Origin: an uncultured Victivallales bacterium
Lineage (GTDB): Bacteria > Verrucomicrobiota > Kiritimatiellia > UBA8416
Assembly (NCBI GenBank): GCA_964576795.1
Contig: CAZNWT010000004.1
Span: forward strand, 35,707 to 99,706
Length of the DNA stretch: 64,000 nt
Direction of reading: 5' to 3'
Of this stretch, positions 39,003-49,300 are shown piece by piece. The position numbers and the translations under genes were made by a program. Position 1 is the first letter of the stretch, and every line of letters begins with the position of its first letter. The notes beneath the pieces were generated by a model that did no database searches, was not told the origin of the DNA, and saw only the letters and a program-made list of their open reading frames with translations.

Positions 39003-39185
39003 TTAAGCGAAGCCCTGCAAAAATGGAGTTGTGGCGTCCTTGCCCCGAATAGCGTTGCCTACATCGTGAACGGCCTCGATAACTCCATCGGCACTAACTG
39101 TTTTGTCACCTTTGCCGTAAACGCCAACGATCTCCGCGATTGTCCCACAGCCATGAGTGATACAGTCTCTACAGCTACCATCCAT
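39003..39185 (-). CDS. candidate 60-aa Cys/His-containing small protein
   Basis: MDGSCRDCITHGCGTIAEIVGVYGKGDKTVSADGVIEAVHDV... GGGAGG abuts the ATG. Followed by the terminator-like hairpins. No family assignment. Confidence 0.35.
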   Translation of the reverse strand: MDGSCRDCITHGCGTIAEIVGVYGKGDKTVSADGVIEAVHDVGNAIRGKDATTPFLQGFA

Positions 39186-39291
39186 CCTCCCAATCCGTGC
39201 TCATCCGCGTTATCCGCGGTTTACATTTTAAACCTCGCTGCGCGAATGCGCGGGGGCTTGACGCGGCGGGGTGGTGCGGTACGATACAGGG

Positions 39292-40149
39292 ATGCAACGT
39301 ATCTGTTTGTTATTAATTTTGGGGCTCCTTTTTCAGGGCTGTCGTCGCTCAGATGAGGGCGTTGTGTCGGCTTCTTCTGAGATTCGAATTGTATCCCTGG
39401 CTCCAAGCATAACAGAGGCCGTTTGTGCTGTGGGGGCCGGACATCTGTTGGTGGGGCGTACGTCTGCCTGCAATTATCCGCCAGAGGAATTGGCTGATGT
39501 TCCGGTGATTGGTGGTTTTGGTGTTCCTTCGCTTGAGCTGCTTGCTAAGGCGCGGCCGACGCTTGTTCTGGAAACGGCGCTGGCGGATGAGTCTATTGGT
39601 GCTCAGTTGGACGCGATGGGCGTGCCGCGAAAGCGGATTCGGTGCCGGTCGTTAAACGATATTCCCGCGATGCTGAGAGAGATCGGGGCTTTGACGGGGC
39701 ATGCTGACGATGCTGAGGTGCTGGCGTCGACTTTGGCTCAGAAACTTTGTGAGCTTAAGAGCGCTCCCCGTAATTCGGACGCTCCCAAGGTGTATGCCGA
39801 AATCTGGCATGATCCGATGACGACGATGGGGAAGAAAACATTTCTTTCAGACCTCATTAAACTCGCTGGTGGCCGTAGTATTGGGGATGGTGTCGAAAAA
39901 GACTATTACCAGATCTCTCCAGAGCATGTTATCAGCACCAATCCGGACGTGATCCTCTGCTTGTATATGGGAGCGAGAGAGGGGGCGGCAGATGCATTGA
40001 AGAGCCGTCCCGGCTGGCAGCATATCAAAGCGGTTCATAATGCTGCTGTCTATGATGGCCTAGCAAATGATATCCTTCTACGTCCGGGACCTCGTGTTCT
40101 TGAGGGCGTGGCCCAGTTGAAGCAGTGCTTTTCAGGGAAACCCAAATGA
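39292..40149 (+). CDS. btuF: corrinoid/siderophore-type periplasmic binding lipoprotein (BtuF-like)
   Basis: Lipobox LLFQGC, PBP class-8 fold. Context: FecCD permease, ABC ATPase, CbiR-like and cobU genes follow. Confidence 0.75.
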   Translation: MQRICLLLILGLLFQGCRRSDEGVVSASSEIRIVSLAPSITEAVCAVGAGHLLVGRTSACNYPPEELADVPVIGGFGVPSLELLAKARPTLVLETALADESIGAQLDAMGVPRKRIRCRSLNDIPAMLREIGALTGHADDAEVLASTLAQKLCELKSAPRNSDAPKVYAEIWHDPMTTMGKKTFLSDLIKLAGGRSIGDGVEKDYYQISPEHVISTNPDVILCLYMGAREGAADALKSRPGWQHIKAVHNAAVYDGLANDILLRPGPRVLEGVAQLKQCFSGKPK

Positions 40150-41168
40150 AGATGCCGTGTCGTGAGAGCAATAAATCGGGCCGTCAGCAGGTTTTGCTGT
40201 GGGTATTGGTCGGTGCCGTTCCGGTGGTCGCGCTGATATGCCTTTTGTTTGGTGCATCTGGCTTTGGGGTGCCCGAATTATCAACACCAATGGGACGTGC
40301 CATTTTTGGTCTACGATTGAATCGTGTGTTCACGGCCCTTGTTGTGGGCGCTGCGCTTTCAAGTGCGGGTTGCCTGTTTCAGGCGCTTTTGCGCAATCCC
40401 CTTGCGGAACCGTATGTCCTCGGTGTCAGTAGTGGTGCGGCACTGGGTGCGGCCGGGGCCATTCTGTTGGGCGCAGGTGGCGGTTTCATGCTGGTCACAT
40501 TGCCGGCGGCTGCTTTTCTGGGTGCGGCACTCACGATGGGGCTTGTTTTGCTCGTGGCTGGGGGTGTTCGGGCTTCGATATACAGCCTGATCCTTAGCGG
40601 TGTGATTGTGAGCGCAGTGGGTTCTAGTATCTTGATGTTCATGGTGTCAACCGCATCTCATGAGAGTCTGCACAGTGTGGTTTGGTGGATGTTGGGAAAT
40701 CTCCAGCCGACTTCGCCGGGACTGCTGGCGACATGTGCTGTTGTGGTTGTGGGCGGAATTGTTGGTATTTGGTGGATGGCTCCTGATTTGAATACACTAA
40801 CGCTGGGACGGGATACGGCGCATCATGTTGGGGTAAAAACGGAGTTTGTGACGTTTATGGGGTTGGTGCTTGCCACGTTGATTACATCTTCTGCAGTTGC
40901 CGTTGCTGGACTTATTAGTTTTGTGGGACTCATTGTTCCTCATACGGTGCGGAGTTTGATCGGCCCGGATCATCGCCGTTTGATTCCAGTTGCGGCTTTG
41001 TCTGGCGGTGCTTTTCTGGCGGTGTGTGATGCTGTTGCCCGCTCTCTGTTGCCATTGCTTGTGGATCTTCCGATTGAAATTCCTGTTGGTGTTTTGACCG
41101 CCCTTTGTGGTGGGCCTTTTTTCCTCTTTATTCTGAAATGGCGGGGTCGGCGAGGGTGGATTGGGTAG
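40146..41168 (+). CDS. btuC: FecCD-family ABC permease (BtuC-like)
   Basis: ~340 aa, 9-10 TM helices. ATG overlaps the btuF stop (ATGA). Confidence 0.85.
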   Translation: MKMPCRESNKSGRQQVLLWVLVGAVPVVALICLLFGASGFGVPELSTPMGRAIFGLRLNRVFTALVVGAALSSAGCLFQALLRNPLAEPYVLGVSSGAALGAAGAILLGAGGGFMLVTLPAAAFLGAALTMGLVLLVAGGVRASIYSLILSGVIVSAVGSSILMFMVSTASHESLHSVVWWMLGNLQPTSPGLLATCAVVVVGGIVGIWWMAPDLNTLTLGRDTAHHVGVKTEFVTFMGLVLATLITSSAVAVAGLISFVGLIVPHTVRSLIGPDHRRLIPVAALSGGAFLAVCDAVARSLLPLLVDLPIEIPVGVLTALCGGPFFLFILKWRGRRGWIG

Positions 41169-41175
41169 AGAGAAA

Positions 41176-41260
41176 AGCTGAAATTTGGAAAGCTGAAAGC
41201 TGAAATTAAGCCGTGAATGGCTGAAAGTTAAAATGCTGTTTCGATGCGGGCGTAACTTTA
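41176..41260 (+). repeat. A-rich (GCTGAAA)n spacer between btuC and btuD
   Basis: gctgaaatttggaaagctgaaagctgaaattaagccgtgaatggctgaaagttaaaatgctg. Related spacers occur at 52168..52199, 33255..33300 and 32215..32262. Confidence 0.4.
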
Positions 41261-41270
41261 GAATTTGGAA

Positions 41271-42596
41271 ATGATGGATACAGAAGTAACAGTTCAGGAA
41301 CCTGAAGATCTGCGTGCGGGGGCGATTGCCTTTGCAGATGTGTCGGGTGGCTATGGCCGTGTTCCTGTGTTTCAGGATATGTCCTTTACGATTCGTGAGG
41401 GAACCATGGCCGCCATTATTGGTCCGAATGGATCGGGAAAGACAACACTGCTTCGCGCTGCCACAGGCTTGCTTGATCGTGTGTCAGGACAGGTTCGCTT
41501 GTTTGGGAAGCCCGTCCGTAGCCTGCCTGCCCGTGAGCGAGCTTCCACCATTGGCGTCGTGCCGCAGGAGGTGCATACCCCCATGTCCTATTCGGTTGAA
41601 GAGATCGTAACCATGGGGCTGACACATGCGTTGTCCCGCTGGGGAGCGGTTAGTGATGCCGATCGTAAGATTGTCGAGCAGTCCATGATCTATACGGATG
41701 TTGCGGATATGCGGGACCGGCCCTTTCCTGAGCTTAGTGGTGGTGAACGTCAACGTGTGGTTATTGCAATGGTGCTTGCGCAACAGCCTCGTATCATTTT
41801 AATGGATGAAGCCACCTCGCATTTGGATATCAATCACCGTCTGGAGGTGATGCAACTGATTGAACGCCTCAACCGTGAGCGCGGGGTTACGGTGTTGATG
41901 GTGAGTCATGATCTGAATATGGCATCCGAATTTTGCGATCGACTGCTTCTTGTTGATAAAGGACGACTTGTTTCGGATGGGAGTCCGTCTGACGTGTTGA
42001 CGGAATCCGCCCTTCGCCAGGTTTATCACTGCGATGTAAAGATTGAATCAAACCCACAAAGCGGGTCGGTGATGGTGGTTCCCAGCCCCCGGCTTGTTGC
42101 AGGGCAGTCGGCACGGGGGATGCGCTTGCATGTGGTTGCTGGTGGTGGCTGTGGTGAAGAGGTGTTGAGGCGACTGTGTTTGTGCGATTATGCTGTGAGT
42201 TGTGGCGTGTTGAATTCGGGTGATCGTGATGCCGATACGGCTATGGCCCTTGAATTGAAAGTGGCGCTTGAAAAGCCGTTTTCGCCGGTTGGGGGTGATG
42301 CTTTTCTTGAGGCAGAGCGACTGGCATCAGAAAGTGCGGCTTTGGTTGTGTGTGGTGTGCCGTTTGGTCCCGGTAATGTTGTGAATCTTGAGCTTGCTGA
42401 CCGTATGTTTGCGAAGGGCATCCCCGTGTTTCTCATGGCTGGAATTTCGGATCGTGATTATACGCTGGATGGGAAAGCCAGTGCTATTGCGGCGCGTCTG
42501 CTTGAGGCGGGGGCCAAGGAGTGGGAGTCAATTGCAGATCTCCTACGGCTTTTACCTGGGGGAAATGTCGACCGTGATCAAGGAGAGTTGGTATGA
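41271..42596 (+). CDS. btuD: ABC ATPase (BtuD/FepC-type) fused to a ~180 aa C-terminal alpha/beta domain of unknown function
   Basis: Walker A GPNGSGKTT, signature LSGGERQRV, Walker B ILMDEATSHLD. The C-terminal extension (LHVVAGGGCGEEV...VVCGVPFGPGNVV...) is not part of a normal BtuD. Confidence 0.85.
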   Translation: MMDTEVTVQEPEDLRAGAIAFADVSGGYGRVPVFQDMSFTIREGTMAAIIGPNGSGKTTLLRAATGLLDRVSGQVRLFGKPVRSLPARERASTIGVVPQEVHTPMSYSVEEIVTMGLTHALSRWGAVSDADRKIVEQSMIYTDVADMRDRPFPELSGGERQRVVIAMVLAQQPRIILMDEATSHLDINHRLEVMQLIERLNRERGVTVLMVSHDLNMASEFCDRLLLVDKGRLVSDGSPSDVLTESALRQVYHCDVKIESNPQSGSVMVVPSPRLVAGQSARGMRLHVVAGGGCGEEVLRRLCLCDYAVSCGVLNSGDRDADTAMALELKVALEKPFSPVGGDAFLEAERLASESAALVVCGVPFGPGNVVNLELADRMFAKGIPVFLMAGISDRDYTLDGKASAIAARLLEAGAKEWESIADLLRLLPGGNVDRDQGELV

Positions 42597-43399
42597 TAGA
42601 ACACGCTTCATTGAAGGGCGTCTTTCCTTTTCGCCTTGGAACCACATCTTATATTATTCCAGATGATATTTTGCCGAATATTCGCTATCTGGCAGATCGC
42701 GTTGATGATGTGCAGTTGATTCTGTTTGAATCGGATACTGTGTCAAACTTTCCCACACCAGAGGTGATTCGGGAGTTGGCGGCACTTGGTGAGGATCATG
42801 ACCTTACCTACACGGTGCACTTTCCATTGGATGTTTTTCTGGGGGCTCGCGACGACTCCGTTCGCGCGGCATCCGTTGACATGTGCCGCCGTGTTATGGA
42901 TCTCTGTCGCCCCTTGTCGCCGCAGACATTTGCGCTGCATTTTGCGGGAGATGATCCCGATGATCGTGGTATGCAGCCTAGTCAGGATATGCCGGGCTGG
43001 CTTGGGGCATTGCATGACTCCCTGGGATGTTTGATTGCTGAGGTAGATTCGCCACGCAACATTTGCGTTGAGACACTGTCGTATCCTTTTGCATTGATTG
43101 AGAATGTGGTGCTTTCGCATGATGCTGGTGTCTGTCTTGATATTGGCCATCTTATACGATGGGGGCATAATGTTGATTCGCATTTAGAACGTTATGCGGA
43201 TCGTATGCATCTGATGCATATTCATGGCATTCTGGAAGGAGATGACCACAAATCGTTACAGCATCTTTCTCCAAAGGTTCTTGATGCCGCACTGGCATCT
43301 ATGTCTGTTCAAGATGGGGTGTATCGCGTGATGATCGTTGAGGTGTTTGGCAAAGCTGATTTTGATGCGTCAATGACATGCTTACAAAATTGGAAATGA
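42593..43399 (+). CDS. xylose-isomerase-like TIM-barrel (AP endonuclease 2 superfamily) protein, CbiR-like candidate cobamide-remodelling enzyme
   Basis: 268 aa. Metal-ligand pattern of the sugar-phosphate isomerase/epimerase fold (HFAG, ETLSYP, DIGHL, HIHG). Embedded by 4-nt overlaps between btuD and cobU. Confidence 0.6.
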   Translation: MIEHASLKGVFPFRLGTTSYIIPDDILPNIRYLADRVDDVQLILFESDTVSNFPTPEVIRELAALGEDHDLTYTVHFPLDVFLGARDDSVRAASVDMCRRVMDLCRPLSPQTFALHFAGDDPDDRGMQPSQDMPGWLGALHDSLGCLIAEVDSPRNICVETLSYPFALIENVVLSHDAGVCLDIGHLIRWGHNVDSHLERYADRMHLMHIHGILEGDDHKSLQHLSPKVLDAALASMSVQDGVYRVMIVEVFGKADFDASMTCLQNWK

Positions 43400-43401
43400 A
43401 T

Positions 43402-43932
43402 ATGAAACATCGTGTAATGTTGGTTACGGGGGGAGGGCGTAGCGGAAAGAGTCGATATGCCCTCAATCAGGCTGAGCGATATGGTCGTAAGGGGTTTGTG
43501 GCAACGGCGGTGCCGTTTGACGATGAGATGAAAGTGCGCATTGCCAAACACCGTGAAGATCGTGATCCTACTTACATCACCGTGGAGGCTCCCGTTGATC
43601 TGGTGGCGGGGATTTTGGAGTTGGAAGGGAATTCTGATGTTTCGGTTGTGGATTGTCTAACGGTTTGGTTGGGCAACTTGCTGCATCGACATGGTGAGTC
43701 TGACACTGCGTATCCTGAGGTGGTCGCGTTGCTTTCTTTTCTAGAGGATCCTCCCATGGATTTGATTCTGGTTACGAATGAGGTGGGATCGGGAATCATT
43801 CCTGCGAATCGAGCCTCACGTCTGTTTCGAGATCTCGCGGGTTTTCTGAATCAATCGGTGGCGCAGCTCGCTGATGATGTGGTGCTTGTGGCCTGTGGGC
43901 TTCCGGTTTTTCTGAAAACGGGGGCGCGCTAG
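43402..43932 (+). CDS. cobU: adenosylcobinamide kinase / adenosylcobinamide-phosphate guanylyltransferase
   Basis: P-loop VTGGGRSGKS, conserved C-terminal nucleotidyl-transfer region. Confidence 0.85.
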   Translation: MKHRVMLVTGGGRSGKSRYALNQAERYGRKGFVATAVPFDDEMKVRIAKHREDRDPTYITVEAPVDLVAGILELEGNSDVSVVDCLTVWLGNLLHRHGESDTAYPEVVALLSFLEDPPMDLILVTNEVGSGIIPANRASRLFRDLAGFLNQSVAQLADDVVLVACGLPVFLKTGAR

Positions 43933-44192
43933 CCTGAATGATCCAGCAGAGGCACGATGCCGGGGGCGGTAGTGCAGTTTTGTTTCTCAACGCATTCATT
44001 GTCAACCTGTTACGTGATGCGTCAGCACTGGTGGCTTGACATAAAGACTTTTAAATGACAAAAGGTTGCCTCTACGACGAGCTAGCACGCTAGCTGAAAA
44101 TAAATCCGTATATCGCTGGAAACATAAATTTGCCCATTTAATATGGATGATGGGGTCGCACGAAGTCTAATCAATAACTAAGAGAAATCATT

Positions 44193-46091
44193 ATGAGTAA
44201 TAGTTTTGAGAACATACTGAAAAGTAAAATGAGCGAAGCGAGCTATCAGAAGCTAACAGCGCTTAATAATCCTAAAGTAATTGAATTTATTGGTGTTTTC
44301 GCTGATCACTGTGATCCAGCATCTATTTATATCTGCGATGACAGTGCTGAAGATACCAAGTATGTGCGCGAACACGCACTTAGCATGGGCGAAGAACAGC
44401 CCATGGGGTTGTCGGAGCAGACTATTCACTGGGATGGTTACGGCGATCAGGCGCGTGATAAGAAAAATACGAAATTCATGGTCTACAAGGAAAATCTTGA
44501 GCGCATGAAGTCCCTGAATTCAGTGGAATATGAAGAGGGATATGCTGAAATCATGGAAATTTCCAAGGGCATCATGAAGGGCAAGGACGTGGTCGTACTT
44601 TTCTTCTCTGAAGGACCAACCGAAAGTCCGTTCACAATTCCATGCATTCAATTCACAGACAGTTGGTATGTTGCTCACTCAGAGCTTATTCTTTACCGTA
44701 CTGCCTACACGCACTTTCTGAAAATGGCTGAAGCCGAGAAAGATCATTTATTCCGTTTTATCCACTCTGCTGGCGAAGTAGATGAACGTAATTGCACGGT
44801 TAATCTGGACAAACGTCGTATCTACATGGACACCCAGAACAATATGGTTTATTCCATGAACGACCAGTATGCAGGCAACTCCATCGGGCTCAAGAAGCAC
44901 GCCATGCGCCTGGCCATTAACGAAGGCGGCAAAAACGGATGGCTTTGCGAACATATGTTTGTAATGGCTGCACTTAATGAAGAGAAGAACCGCAAAACCT
45001 ATTTCTGCGGAGCTTATCCTTCAGCTTGCGGTAAAACATCAACCGCTATGATTCCCGGTGAGCAGATTGTTGGTGACGACATTGCCTATTTCCGCAATAT
45101 CAACGGTGAATTCAGGGCTGTGAACGTGGAATTTGGAATGTTTGGCATTATCAAGGATGTCAATGCCAATGATGATCCTCTGATTTTCGAGAACCTGCTT
45201 AAAAATCAAGAGGTTATCTTTTCCAACATACTCAAGGGACCGGACCAGAAACCTTACTGGCTTGGCATGGGCATGGAACCACCGGAAGAGGGTAACAACC
45301 ATTTCGGTGAGTGGAAGAAAGGTGTCAAGGATGCCGCCGGTAATGAAGTCGCAATCGCCCATGGTAACGCCCGCTACACAATGCGTCTGGATTACTTGGC
45401 CAATATCGACAAAGAGGGGTTTGAAGCCAAGGAGGGTGTCAAGGTACAGGGAGTTCTCTATGGCGGACGTGACAGTGACACCACGGTTCCTGTGGAAGAG
45501 TCACCAAGCTGGAAAGACGGGATTCTTCTGAAAGCCGCCACTCTGGAGTCGGAAACAACCAGTGCCACTCTGGGAGCAGAGGGTGTCCGTACCCCGAGCC
45601 CCATGGCCAACCTTGATTTCGTTTCCTATCCTCTCGGCGAATATACGATGAACAACATCAAGTTCGGTGAAGGCGTTGACAGCACACCTAAGGTTTTCAG
45701 TAATAACTACTTCATGCGTGATGATAGCGGTAATTTTATTACCAGCAAGCTGGCTAAACGCGTGTGGCTGCACTGGGCTGATGGACGCGTCCATGGTGAA
45801 TACGAAGCCTACGAGACACCGACAGGCAAGATTCCTCGCTACCAGGATCTGAAGGTTCTCTTCACTAAGTACCTGGACGAGGACTTTACTGAAGAAACTT
45901 ACACCTACCTCTTCACATTCCGTTGCACAAAATGGATTGAGAAGATCGAACGGACTAAAGCTTTTTACGCAAAGATGGACGCAAACACACCTGCAGAAAT
46001 CATTGAGTACTGGGATACTGCTATCGCCAAAATTCAGGCGGCCAAAGAGCAGTATGGCGATCTGATCGAGCCCGGTAAGTTCAACGCTTAA
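44193..46091 (+). CDS. pckG: phosphoenolpyruvate carboxykinase (GTP)
   Basis: 632 aa. GAYPSACGKTSTAM kinase-1a, PEPCK-GTP specific motifs. Confidence 0.95.
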   Translation: MSNSFENILKSKMSEASYQKLTALNNPKVIEFIGVFADHCDPASIYICDDSAEDTKYVREHALSMGEEQPMGLSEQTIHWDGYGDQARDKKNTKFMVYKENLERMKSLNSVEYEEGYAEIMEISKGIMKGKDVVVLFFSEGPTESPFTIPCIQFTDSWYVAHSELILYRTAYTHFLKMAEAEKDHLFRFIHSAGEVDERNCTVNLDKRRIYMDTQNNMVYSMNDQYAGNSIGLKKHAMRLAINEGGKNGWLCEHMFVMAALNEEKNRKTYFCGAYPSACGKTSTAMIPGEQIVGDDIAYFRNINGEFRAVNVEFGMFGIIKDVNANDDPLIFENLLKNQEVIFSNILKGPDQKPYWLGMGMEPPEEGNNHFGEWKKGVKDAAGNEVAIAHGNARYTMRLDYLANIDKEGFEAKEGVKVQGVLYGGRDSDTTVPVEESPSWKDGILLKAATLESETTSATLGAEGVRTPSPMANLDFVSYPLGEYTMNNIKFGEGVDSTPKVFSNNYFMRDDSGNFITSKLAKRVWLHWADGRVHGEYEAYETPTGKIPRYQDLKVLFTKYLDEDFTEETYTYLFTFRCTKWIEKIERTKAFYAKMDANTPAEIIEYWDTAIAKIQAAKEQYGDLIEPGKFNA

Positions 46092-46376
46092 GCGTTGTAC
46101 AACGCCGAGAATGGCACGGATAGCCGACGTGGATAGTCGACTTAATAACACAGCAGCATCTATACAGTCCGGGGGAGACTGAAGGAATGGCAGGCGCTTA
46201 CCAGCTATAATCTGCGGCCGGTACTACGCCCTATCGGATGTGCCCACGTTTGATGCAAACGGTCTGTGGCAGTGGCACTGTGTGTACGTACTGTTTGCTT
46301 CACGTAGCCTCGCGCGCCAGCGCGTGGATTCTTCCCTCTGTTAGGCAACTCAAGACCCGTCCTACAAAGAATAACA

Positions 46377-49300
46377 TTAAGCGATAGTGTTGAGGATGGC
46401 GTCGCGGAGTTCCTCCAACTGTTCGTCAGGGGCGGTTGAGGTAAGCGTGGGGAAGTGGACGGCATCCTTAATGTAGTCACCATCTCGCTTAATGATTATC
46501 TTTCGTTTGCGCACCTCAATGAGTTGTATGCCGCGCTGGGCAGCAAGGATTCGCATGGTTGCAACTGCGAGCAACCGACTCACGGCTAGGGGCATCCTTC
46601 CAAAGCGATCTTCGAGTTCCTGCTGCAAAGCCTCAATATCCGTTGTGGCGTTGGCTTCAGCAATTCGGCGGTAGATGGCGATGCGCAGGCGTTCGCTGGA
46701 AATGTAGTGCATGGGTAGGTATGCCGCCGTTCCCCGGTTTTCATCTGAAGGGTTTAGCTGTATAAAATCCAATCTCATTTCGGTGTCGACCAGCAAGGGT
46801 TGTTTTTCTCCTTTAAGACGTGCAATAGAGCATTTGAGGAGTTGGCAGTATAGGCCGAACCCAACCGCCGAGATATGGCCGCTCTGAGCAGCCCCGAGGA
46901 TGTTGCCGGCACCCCGGATCTCCATGTCACGAATGGCGAGATTGAATCCGGTTCCTAGACCGGAGTGCTTGCGAAGCGCATGGATGCGTTCGCGTGCATC
47001 GCTATCTACAAAGCCGTGAGGTGGCAGAAGGAGATAAGCGTAGGCTTTGTGTCGAGAGCGACCTACACGCCCGCGCAATTGATACAGATCTGCAATGCCA
47101 AAGCGATCTGCCCTGTCAATCAGGATGGTGTTGGCTCGGGGAATATCGAGTCCGCTTTCAATGATCGTTGTGCAGAGCAGGACGTCAAATTTACCAGCGG
47201 CGAATCGACTCATAACCTGCGAGAGTTCAGATGATTTCATCTGCCCATGGGCAAACTCAATACGCGCTTCCGGAATGAGTTTTGCAAGTTTGTCACGAAG
47301 CCGTTGGATGGTCATGACGCGGTTGTGCAAGTAGTAGACTTGCCCATCGCGATTTAGCTCGCGTAGCACGGCATTACGAATGATGTCATTCTCGCCATTG
47401 GCGACGATGGTTTCGATAGCCATACGCTCACGGGGGGGTGTTTGAATCAGGCTCATATCACGCGCCCCAGTCATGCTCATGTAAAGCGTTCGCGGAATGG
47501 GGGTTGCGCTCAGAGTCAGGACGTCGACCAAGCGTTTCATCTTCTTTAGATGTTCTTTGTGATGCACCCCGAAGCGCTGTTCTTCGTCGATGATGACAAG
47601 TCCAAGATTGGCGAAGGATATACCGCGTTGCAGAATTGCGTGGGTGCCAATTACGATATCAATGGAACCCGATGCCAGATTGTCTTTCAGTTGTGCACGC
47701 ATTCCAGCAGTGCTAAAGCGGCTAAGCACACCGATGCGGACAGGAAATCCTGCCATGCGTTCAGTGAAGGTTCGGAAGTGTTGTTGCGCAAGAATTGTTG
47801 TGGGAACAAGCATTGCCACCTGGCGTCCGTCTTGAACGGTTTTGAATGCAGCGCGCATGGCGACTTCGGTTTTACCGTATCCAGCATCACCACAAATGAG
47901 GCGATCCATAGGCCGCGTTGATTCCATGTCTTCCTTCACGTTACGAATAACCTGAATTTGATCTTCTGTTTCCTGGAATGGAAATGCAGTTTCGAACTCA
48001 TGTTGCCACTTTGTGTCGGGAGGAAACGAGTGCCCCTGAAGAAGGTTGCGCGTGGCCTGTACCTCGAGCAAACCCGCGGCAAGATCCAACACGGACTGTT
48101 GCGCGGCGATTTTTTCATTTTTCCAGCGCGTGCCACCGAGACGATGTAAGGAGGTTTGTCGGGAGGCGAGTCCCACGTATCGACTTAGCAGATGCGCGTG
48201 CGACATGGGAACGTAGAGTTTTGCATCATCGGCGTAGGCTATGGCGAGCACTTCCTGTTGCTGATCATTGAAAGTGATTTCCTGTACGCCAAGATAGCGT
48301 CCGATGCCGTGGTCGATGTGCACAACGAGATCGCCGGGTTCCATGTCCGTAAAATCGGTGATTCGGCCCCCCGTGTACTTTCGGGAGCGTGATCGGTACG
48401 CATCCGGGTCGTAGCGTAGTCTGAGGGACTTTCGCCTGCCGTAGAGATCGGACTCCGCTACGATGATAAGGCGTAGATCCGGGCAGTCGCAGCCTTCGCT
48501 TAGAACGCCCAGATTTGGTTTGATGTGTTTTTCGGTTGGTCGAGCAAGCGTCTCTTCGAAATGTGTCATGGAGCCAGTGCTGTCAAGATACAGGGCTACA
48601 TGGTGTCGCTTTCGTGCACGTGCATAGAGGTCGGATATAAGGGCCCCCCGTGTTTGTTCTGTGTGTGTGGCATCGAAACGGTTTCCGGTTTCTTCAACCG
48701 AATTCGCAATGGGAAAGAAGCGAGGAAAGCCGGAGGGCAGGGATACGGGGTTGTCTGGATCAATGCGAATTTCCTGAAAGCGGGTGGCGGAGGTGATTGT
48801 GCTTTGGATGGCGTCAAAAGAGAGCACAACTTGTGAGGAAGGGGTGTCAAGGTGCAGTAGTGCTTCGTGTGCAGATGCACGGGTTTTGATGCTTCCAGGT
48901 TCGCTCCAGACGACTGTGGCGCTATGCGTCATATAGTCGAGCAGTGTTGTGGGTACCTGTGAGGTAGGTTGCTTGTGAATCCATTCACGTGCGGGAGAAA
49001 TACGAACGCTGGCACATTTTTCTAGAGAGCGTTGAGTTTTGGGATCAAAGCGTCGGATGGATTCTATGGTTGAGCCAAAAAGTTCAATTCGAATGGGCCA
49101 GGTGTCTGTGGGTGACCAGATGTCCAGCAGTCCTCCTTTCACGGCAGACTGCCCTTTTGCGAGCACTTCTGCTTCAAATGCATAGCCCAAATGCAAAAGC
49201 TGCGAGGGTACGGTTTCAAGCTCGCAGGTACCATCGACTTCGAATGTCAGAGTTTGCGAACTTATGATTTCTGGTGAGGGCACTGCTTGACAGAGGGCTT

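Noticed and set aside
38833-39291. Cobalamin riboswitch upstream of btuF
   Set aside because: I searched both strands for the B12 box (AGYCMGGAGACCKGCC), GCCACTG and AGGGAA cores and found only weak partial matches (aagcgaagccctgc). Not called. Needs cmscan.
46092-46110. Palindrome GCGTTGTACAACGC right after the pckG stop as a terminator
   Set aside because: The loop is too small and there is no U-tract. At best a weak convergent-gene terminator. Not listed as a feature.
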